Below, piece after piece: positions 25,624-32,000 of a stretch of DNA of 32,000 nucleotides. The translations under genes were made by a program, and so were the position numbers. Origin of the DNA: an archaeon (lineage in GTDB: Archaea; Iainarchaeota; Iainarchaeia; Iainarchaeales; 1-14-0-10-31-34); assembly GCA_024277355.1 (NCBI GenBank), contig JAJRVL010000002.1, positions 60,001 through 92,000 of the forward strand, in the 5' to 3' direction. The first letter of the stretch is position 1. Every line of letters begins with the position of its first letter. Below the pieces are notes generated by a model. The model saw nothing but the letters and a program-made list of their open reading frames with translations. It was not told where the DNA came from and ran no database searches.

Positions 25624-27105
25624 ATGCCTTTAACTTCCAATACCTTTTATTTATCCAATGCGGAATATGTTGAAAAAAAGAAAAGAGTTTCAGTTGAATT
25701 CTCTAACTTAAATGAAACAAGAAGAATTTCTTTTCCTTTTATTCCTTATATTATTCTTCATAAAAGTTTGCTGGACAAATCTTTTTTTGATTTCCTGAAA
25801 AAAAAGAAACTTAAAACCGAAAAAATAACTAATGGCTTTAAAGTTTTTTCAAGTGATTTTTCTTTTTTAGAAAAAGTGAATTCTTTTTTTGAAAAAAAAG
25901 GGATTTTACTTCCTTCTGAAACACAGTTTTTGTTATTAAAGAACTGGAGTTTTTTTGATGGATTTGAATTAAATGAAAATAATGAATTTGAAAAAAAAGG
26001 TTTTATTGAATTCCCTGAATTAAAACCTGAGTTCAGCTATAATTCCTTAAAAGAAAATGTTTCTGAAATGCTTTCTTTTTCTGATACTTCCGGAAAAAAC
26101 TTTTTAAATAAAATTATTCTTTCAAATGTTTTATGTTTAAAGCTGAATTATCTTAATGTTTCTAAATCGTCAATGCTTGATTCTTTTATTGAATTAATTT
26201 TATTTAGAAATAATTTTGCTTTTAATAAATCAAAACCAAAATTTGATTCAGGTTTTATTAAAAAATATTCAGGGAAATTAAAGGAAATTGATTTTTCTTT
26301 TGTCTGGCCTGTTTTGTTTTCTTTTCCTTTTCATAATTTAGGTTTTGATTCAGTTAATTGTTCCTGCTGTAAGCCGAAAGAATTTAATGAAAGAAATATT
26401 CTTCCTTCTTCTTTGATTGAAGTTAAATTCAATGAAGATGCCATTTATTTTGAATCATCTAATACTGACTGGAGTTCTTTTTTCCATGAAAAGGCTTTAG
26501 GAAAAGAAAAAAGAATTAAAAGAATGAATGAATGGCGTTTAAGAAACATTCCTTCAGGTCCTTTTTTCAGAAATGATGTTTTAAGAATTCCTTTAAATGA
26601 TGCATTAAAACTAAAAGAAGAAGAAAAAATAGTTTTCTTAAATGATCATAATTTAGTTTGGAGCTGTACTAAAAAAGAATGTTTTATTTCAAAAGAATTA
26701 ACTGAATTAAACAAAAAAACAGTTTTGTTTGATAAAAAAATAAATGAATTGGAATCCGGTTCAATTAAAGATAATGGAATTGCTTTTTCTTTGTTTCTGG
26801 AAAAAAATCCTGAATTTCATTTTTTCTCTGAATATAAAAATGTATTAAAAACAATTTTTTCTTCTGTTCCTTTTCATTTATCTTCTCATTCTTCTGCATT
26901 TTTTGATTTTGTTCTTTCAAATTCAATTAAATCTGTTTTTTCTTCGGTTTTAACTAAATTCAGGGAATTTTCAGTGTCTAATTCAAGTCCTTCTTTTATT
27001 ACAAAAAAAGGTGTGTTAGTTGATTCTGATAATCCTCTTGATTTGCTTACTGAATTCTCTAAAAACCAGAATATTCCTGTTCCAGAGCTTTCTATAAAGA
27101 ATTAA
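25624..27105 (+). CDS. Miniaturised, probably catalytically inactive family-B DNA-polymerase-like protein
   Basis: By-eye alignment to archaeal PolB gives four matches. The N-terminus FYLSNAEYVEKKKRVSVEF...FPFIPYIIL resembles ILDxDYxxxxGKPVIRLF...FxPYFY. SSMLDSFIELILFRNNFAFNKSKP resembles [25 protein letters not shown]. Motif A is IDFSFVWPVLFSFPFHNLGFDSVNCSCCK versus [27 protein letters not shown]. The motif C position reads KIVFLNDHNLVW versus KVLYIDTDGLYA. The exonuclease domain and motif B (KxxxNSxYG) are not detectable. I prefer the start at M24 of the listed TTG ORF. Confidence 0.5.
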   Translation: MPLTSNTFYLSNAEYVEKKKRVSVEFSNLNETRRISFPFIPYIILHKSLLDKSFFDFLKKKKLKTEKITNGFKVFSSDFSFLEKVNSFFEKKGILLPSETQFLLLKNWSFFDGFELNENNEFEKKGFIEFPELKPEFSYNSLKENVSEMLSFSDTSGKNFLNKIILSNVLCLKLNYLNVSKSSMLDSFIELILFRNNFAFNKSKPKFDSGFIKKYSGKLKEIDFSFVWPVLFSFPFHNLGFDSVNCSCCKPKEFNERNILPSSLIEVKFNEDAIYFESSNTDWSSFFHEKALGKEKRIKRMNEWRLRNIPSGPFFRNDVLRIPLNDALKLKEEEKIVFLNDHNLVWSCTKKECFISKELTELNKKTVLFDKKINELESGSIKDNGIAFSLFLEKNPEFHFFSEYKNVLKTIFSSVPFHLSSHSSAFFDFVLSNSIKSVFSSVLTKFREFSVSNSSPSFITKKGVLVDSDNPLDLLTEFSKNQNIPVPELSIKN

Positions 27106-27201
27106 CCCTAAAAGGTTTGCTTTTTATTTGTTTTCCTGTACTTTTAAGTATAATTTAACCGATTTTTTCTGGTTTTTATTTGTTAATTAAAGTGATTTAT
27201 T

Positions 27202-27408
27202 ATGCATGAATTTTTGACAAGATTTGAAACAACAAGATTAATTAGTGCCAGGTCATTCCAGCTGGCTTTAGGTGCTCCTCCTTTAGTTAAAACAACTAAA
27301 GGAGAATCAATGCTGGATGTAGCAAAAAAGGAATTAGAAAACAAGAAAATTCCATTAGCAGTTATAAGAAAATTTCCTTCAGGGGAAATAACTAAAGTTA
27401 ATCCTTAG
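27202..27408 (+). CDS. rpoK: RNA polymerase subunit K (Rpo6/omega-like)
   Basis: LTRFETTRLISARSFQLALGAPPLV...PLAVIRKFPSGE is the Rpo6 signature. Confidence 0.88.
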   Translation: MHEFLTRFETTRLISARSFQLALGAPPLVKTTKGESMLDVAKKELENKKIPLAVIRKFPSGEITKVNP

Positions 27409-27416
27409 GTGATTTT

Positions 27417-27602
27417 ATGGGTAAATCTGTTCCAAAAGGCGTAAAAACTAAAGCTGAAATCTTAATGAAAGAAGATGATGGTTTTTCAAGAGATTTTGAA
27501 AAAAATAAGGAAATAATTAATTCTTTTGATCTTAGTTTTTCAAAGAAAATAAGAAACCTTATTGCAGGATATGTCAGCAGAAGAAAAGGCGTAAAAGAGT
27601 AA
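27417..27602 (+). CDS. rps17e: Ribosomal protein S17e
   Basis: MGKSVPKGVKTKAE...SKKIRNLIAGYVSR is the eS17 pattern. Confidence 0.8.
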   Translation: MGKSVPKGVKTKAEILMKEDDGFSRDFEKNKEIINSFDLSFSKKIRNLIAGYVSRRKGVKE

Positions 27603-29980
27603 TTAATTAATTGAATTTTCTTTTGGAATTGAACTGCCTTCGTTTTCTTTGTCTCTTTCTATTTCATAATAACTTCCTGAAGCAGCTTTTTCCATTTCAG
27701 AATCATGAGTTATTATAAAAATCTGGTCAACTAAAGAAGGAAGATGTTCTTTCATCATTTTACTTAATTTTGCTGTTGCATTTTTATCTAAATTATGTGT
27801 TGGTTCATCTAAAATTAACCAGCTTAAATTCTGAGTTAATACAAGAGAAAAAGCAACTCTGATGCAGATTGCTGCAGCACTTCTTTCTCCTCCTGAAAGA
27901 ATTCCTTCAACCCTGATCCATTTTCCATTTTTTTCTTTTACTTTTATTTCGTAATTTCCTTCTTCTATTTCCATTTTAGCTGAAGTAAAATCGCCGTAAG
28001 GATAAATTTTATTCCATACGTCATCCATTGCTTCATTTATTGTGTCAATCATTTCTTTTCTTAATTCTGCCTGAGTTGCATTTAAGGCATTGTTAAATAA
28101 TGCTAATTCAGATAAAATTTTTTCATGTAATTCAGTTTCTTTTTTTAATTCATTAATTCTGTTTTCTTCTTTTTCTATTTTTTCAATGTTTAATTTAATG
28201 CTTTCAATTAATTCAGCAGTATTTTTGATTTCTTTTTCAGAGAATTCAACTGAAGATTTAACTGAATAAACAATTTCTTTTTTTTTGCTGAAAGCATTTT
28301 CTATATAGCCAAGTGTTTCTTTTTTTTCTGTTAATTCTGATAACTCTTTTTTCCAGTTTTTGGATTTAAAAAATTCTTTTATTAATTCAATTTCCTGTTC
28401 AATTTTTTTTATTTCGTTTTCTTTTGTTTGTATTTTTTCTTCGTTTACTTCTTTTTCCAGTTTTTCTTTTAATAAATTGCTTTCATTCAATTTTTCTTTT
28501 ATTAATTCAATTTGTTTTTGTGTTTCTTTTATTTCATTTAATCTTTCTGTTAAACCTTTAATTTTGTTTTTTTCTTCTTCAAGTGAAAAAACTTTGTTTT
28601 CTAATATTGTTTTGGTTTTTTTTATTTCTTTGATTTCCAGCATGGTTTTTCTTTCATCTTCTGTTAAACCTTTGTTTATTATTCCTATTTTTTCTTCTTC
28701 TTTTTCATAAGAGTTAATTAATTCAATTTTTTTTTCCTGACTTAATTTTGTTGAACAAACAGGACAGTCTGATTCTGATTTAGTTAATTTTTTTATGTTT
28801 TCTTCTAATTCAGCAACTCTTTTTTCGTTAACTAAAATTCCGTTTTTTGTTTCAAAAACTTCTTTTTCAAGTTCTTCAATTCTTTTTTCTTTTGCTTTTT
28901 TTTCTTCCTGTATTTCTTTTATTTTTTTTTCTGTTTCTTCTTGTTTTTCTTTTATTTTTTCTTCTGAGTTAATTCCTGAAAGAAGTTCGGTTTTTCGGTT
29001 TTTTTCTTTTTCAAGAAATTCTTTTTTTTCGTTTTCTGCTTTTATTCCTGCTTTAATTGCAGAAAGTTCTCTTAATTTTGTTTCTATTTCGTTTTTTTCT
29101 TTTTTTAATTCAATTAATTTATTTTCTTCGTTTTCTGGTTCTTTGTTTTCAATGTCTTTTCCTTTTATTTTTTTTTCTGTTTCTGATATTTTTGTTTCAA
29201 GTTTAATTTCTTTTTCTTTTATTTCTTTGAATTCTTTTTCTTTTTTTTCCAGTATTTCTAATTCAGTTGCGTGTTGTTTTAATTCGTTTTTTTCTTTCTC
29301 TATTTTTTCCTGTGTTTCTTTTAGTTGTTTTTCTTTTTCTTCTTTTTTTGGTTTAATTCTTTTAATGCTTTATCATCAAATGAATCAGAATGTTTTTTGA
29401 TTAAGTCTTTTTTGTCTTCATTTATTTTTTTTATTCTGTTTATTACTGAAATATTTGTTTTTCTTGCGTTTTCGTATTTGTCTAACTCTAAAATTTCATC
29501 AAACTTTTTTTTTCTTTGCATTGGACTTAATTTTAAAAAAAAGTCAATTTGGTTTTGTTCTGAATAAACAGCTCTTGAAAATAAATCGTAATTCATTTCA
29601 AGTATTTCTTCTATTTTTTCGTTTACGTCGTTTGGTTTTGGTCCTGCAATTAATTTTCCTTCTTCTAATATTTTTGCCTGATTAGAGTTTTTTCCTGCAA
29701 AAACTGTTCTTTTAATTAAATAATTTTTGTTGTTGTAGTCAAATTCTAATTCAACTTTTGATTCATCCATTTGATTAGGTTTATTCATTATTATTTCATT
29801 TAAGCTTACGGATTTAGAATTTAATGCAGGATAAGTGCCGAATAAAGCATAACACATGGCTTCAATTACTGTGCTTTTTCCTGCTCCAATTATTCCGGTT
29901 AATACATTAGTTCCTTTATTAAACTGAAATTCTGTTTCTTTATGGCTTTTCCAGTTAAACAATTTTACTTTTTTAATCAT
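27603..29980 (-). CDS. rad50: Rad50 ATPase, interrupted by one frameshift at 29343..29349
   Basis: N-lobe (29980..29321 frame): KSHKETEFQF..GIIGAGKSTVIEA. The downstream frame is open from ~29350 to 27603. It carries a Met-free coiled coil (which is why the track starts at 28643), the zinc hook CPVC (28755..28766), the signature LSGGERSAAA, Walker B LILDEPTHNLD and the H-loop FIITHD. Confidence 0.85.
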
Positions 29981-30044
29981 CTGTTTTATTTGTATTTAGA
30001 GCTTTTTAAAAAAATAACCAGCAGCAACAAATAATTATGTAGAA

Positions 30045-30314
30045 TTAAAGTAGATTCATTCCAATATTTTCAAATGAACTTATTCCTGAAATTTCTTTTA
30101 TTGCTTTTTCTATTTCTTCTGTTATTCCGTCATTTCCTTTTGCTTCAACTAATAAAGCAAATTCTATTGCTTCTAATCCAAACGCAATTGGTTTTCTTTG
30201 AATGTCTTTTAATTCTCCAAATAAAGGCATTTTTTCTTTTAGTGTTTGTTCTACTTTATCTGTTTCTTCAATTCCTTCAGGTGAAACCCTGTAAATTAAT
30301 ACCATTTTGCCCAT
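30045..30314 (-). CDS. ef1b: Elongation factor 1-beta (aEF-1b)
   Basis: 89 aa; VLIYRVSPEG...KPIAFGLEAIEFALLVEAKG is typical of aEF-1beta. Confidence 0.85.
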   Translation of the reverse strand: MGKMVLIYRVSPEGIEETDKVEQTLKEKMPLFGELKDIQRKPIAFGLEAIEFALLVEAKGNDGITEEIEKAIKEISGISSFENIGMNLL

Positions 30315-30324
30315 TTTTTATCAC

Positions 30325-30480
30325 TTAAGGCCCTATAAATCCACATTCAGTGCATTTGTATTCTTTTGTTGTTGTTTTACAGTTGTCGCATCTAATTATT
30401 TTTGTTTTACTGCATTTTGGACATTTGAATTCAGTGAAATCAAAATTCACTTCTTTATTGCATGAATTACATATTTTCAT
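30325..30480 (-). CDS. Zn-ribbon protein (COG2888-like) upstream of ef1b, 51 aa
   Basis: My translation is MKICNSCNKEVNFDFTEFKCPKCSKTKIIRCDNCKTTTKEYKCTECGFIGP, with four CxxC pairs. It has the conserved archaeal neighbourhood with ef1b. The listed + ORF 30350..30535 is its antisense shadow. Confidence 0.65.
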   Translation of the reverse strand: MKICNSCNKEVNFDFTEFKCPKCSKTKIIRCDNCKTTTKEYKCTECGFIGP

Positions 30481-30598
30481 TTACAATCCCTCTTTAATAA
30501 TCTTTTTTGAAAAAAGTTTAATCAAAAAACGCTGACTTTATGTTTAAATATAATCAGTTACTCAATTATTTCTGTAGTATTAAATTTAAAAGCTTTTA

Positions 30599-30672
30599 GG
30601 GCTCGTGGCGCAACTGGATAGCGCAGTCCGCTTCGGACGGACAGGCTGGGGGTTCGACTCCCTCCGAGCTCA
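30599..30672 (+). tRNA. tRNA-Arg (anticodon UCG), CCA not encoded
   Basis: Acceptor GGGCTCG/CGAGCTC, D arm GCGC-AACTGGATA-GCGC, anticodon arm GTCCG-CTTCGGA-CGGAC, T arm GGGGG-TTCGACT-CCCTC. Confidence 0.88.
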
Positions 30673-30726
30673 TTTGTGGTTTTGTCTGCGAGACAATGTA
30701 CTGCTTTCAGCTGAGTTGTGTTAATT

Positions 30727-32000
30727 TTAGTCAGCTTTTTTCTTTAAGTAACTTGAAAAGAATTCTTTTGTTTCTTTTTCTTTATAGATTTTCATTAAAT
30801 TTTTTCCTGCCAAAACCGCGTGTTTTTCTTTGAATCTTTTTGCAAGGAATTTTCCTGAATTAACTTTAATTTGTTTTTCAATGAATTCTTTTATTACGGT
30901 TTCTGCTTTAATGTGTTTTCTTTTTACTTTAGCATGGAAATGGGCTTTAATTTTTACTGCTTTTTTTCCGTGTTTTTCTTTAAATCTTTCAGAATGTGCT
31001 TTCATTTTAACAGGAGGGCCTTTAACTAATTTTTCTTTTTCTAATTTTGTTTCTTTTACTTCAATTAATAAAAGCATTTTTGTTTTTTCATCGCTCCAGA
31101 ATCTTTCTTTTAATACAGTGAAATCATTTTTTTCTATTTCTTTTTTTAATTTCCTTAAAAAACTCCTTAATTGCCCAAAAGTAACATCTTCATGAATTTT
31201 TTTGTATATAGTTGAAACAACAATAATGTTTTTTCCTGAAACTTTTTTTCTGAATTCTTTTTGACTTAAAATTTTAACAGGCTTTGGAAAGAAAAAATTC
31301 ATTGAAGGTTTTTTAATGAATTCTTTTGCTTTTTTCTTAAATTTAATGTAGGTTTCTTTTGATACTGCTGCAGAAACATTTCTTCTGTCATCTGTTGGAT
31401 CCAAAAAAATTAAGTTTCCATAAAATTTGTTTTCCAGTTCTTTTTCTTCTTTTTTATTTAATTTTTTTGTTATTGAAAGAACTTTTTTTTCTTTCCATTT
31501 AGAAACATTTCTTAATGCATTTTCAAAAGTTGAATATTTTAATATTATTAATTCTGTTAAATAACCTGAAAACCCCTGAGTTTTAAGTTCTGCGCCGTAA
31601 CAGTTTATTCCTTTAAGAAATTTTTTCATCAGACGTATTTCGTTTCTTTGTTTTTCTTTTATTTTCTCTTCTATGAATTCTGCATGAAATGGAGTTCTGT
31701 CAACTGAAGATAATAATTCTTTTGTTGATTTAATTTTGTATGCAGGAATTAATTCAATTTTGTGCCCTTTAATTTCTGTTTTAACATAAGGGTGTTCTCC
31801 GTAATCTATTTCCCAGTTTTTTGAGAATTTTTTTGCTATTCTTAATCCTTCTTTAATAAATTTTTCTTTTGGAATTTTTTTGTCAAATAAAATAAAAATA
31901 TCTATGTCTTTGTCTCCTTTTAGATGTGTATTTCTTGAAAGTGAACCTGCTAATATTGCATCTAAGTGAATTCCTTTCATTGACTTGATTTTTTTGATTA
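30727..32000 (-). CDS. cca: Archaeal class I CCA-adding enzyme (tRNA nucleotidyltransferase); 5' end runs off the window
   Basis: GSLSRNTHLKGDKDIDIFILF (catalytic DxD), HPYV, VDRTPFH. The frame stays open from 31980 to the window edge, so the true start lies beyond 32000. Confidence 0.88.
   Translation of the reverse strand, partial: IKKIKSMKGIHLDAILAGSLSRNTHLKGDKDIDIFILFDKKIPKEKFIKEGLRIAKKFSKNWEIDYGEHPYVKTEIKGHKIELIPAYKIKSTKELLSSVDRTPFHAEFIEEKIKEKQRNEIRLMKKFLKGINCYGAELKTQGFSGYLTELIILKYSTFENALRNVSKWKEKKVLSITKKLNKKEEKELENKFYGNLIFLDPTDDRRNVSAAVSKETYIKFKKKAKEFIKKPSMNFFFPKPVKILSQKEFRKKVSGKNIIVVSTIYKKIHEDVTFGQLRSFLRKLKKEIEKNDFTVLKERFWSDEKTKMLLLIEVKETKLEKEKLVKGPPVKMKAHSERFKEKHGKKAVKIKAHFHAKVKRKHIKAETVIKEFIEKQIKVNSGKFLAKRFKEKHAVLAGKNLMKIYKEKETKEFFSSYLKKKAD

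Noticed and set aside
29981-30044. Possible fourth copy of the repair-gene element upstream of rad50. It shares TATTTGTTGCT with the PolB-like upstream region and contains GCTGCTGGTTA.
   Set aside because: The TTCACYGGCR core is not present. The spacing to the ATG differs by about 19 nt. The similarity is mostly AT-rich sequence.
30350-30535. Listed + strand ORF (61 aa)
   Set aside because: The minus strand encodes a four-CxxC zinc ribbon (30325..30480) in the conserved position upstream of ef1b.

Overview
Strongly AT-rich archaeal chromosomal window. The gene content and style look DPANN-like: small proteins, K/E-rich low complexity, bacterial-type metabolic genes and an intron-containing tRNA. 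That lineage call is inference only. Positions 1-7.9 kb hold the conserved archaeal translation/secretion cluster, all on the minus strand. In transcription order (descending coordinates) it is S19e, PDCD5-like, L39e, L31e, eIF6, LX, prefoldin alpha, FtsY, SRP54, then a DUF84 NTPase. Upstream of it on the same strand lie an Rpr2(RNase P)-CoaE fusion, a bacterial-type CoaD and a YhbY-like gene. Positions 8.2-9.4 kb carry three minus-strand tRNAs: Gly-UCC, Gly-GCC with an ~84-nt intron, and Val-UAC. They are embedded in unusually GC-rich, hairpin-dense spacers. Next come DnaG, DUF167, Hjc, lineage-specific coiled-coil and membrane proteins, a permuted GTPase, Pth2, a tandem-Lrp regulator and a methyltransferase-PanD pair. 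The most interesting part is 18.8-30 kb. The usual herA-mre11-rad50-nurA operon is dispersed here and no mre11 is visible. nurA and herA each sit divergently to a member of a lysine-rich multi-HTH paralogue family. nurA, herA and a miniaturised, apparently catalytically dead family-B DNA-polymerase-like gene all carry the GC-rich element TTCACYGGCR 55-58 nt upstream of their ATG. I read this as a candidate undescribed DNA-repair regulon. rad50 is split by a single frameshift that lies exactly on an A_AAA_AAG heptamer. I saw no CRISPR array, rRNA or clear mobile element. All calls rest on by-eye motif recognition; no searches were run.
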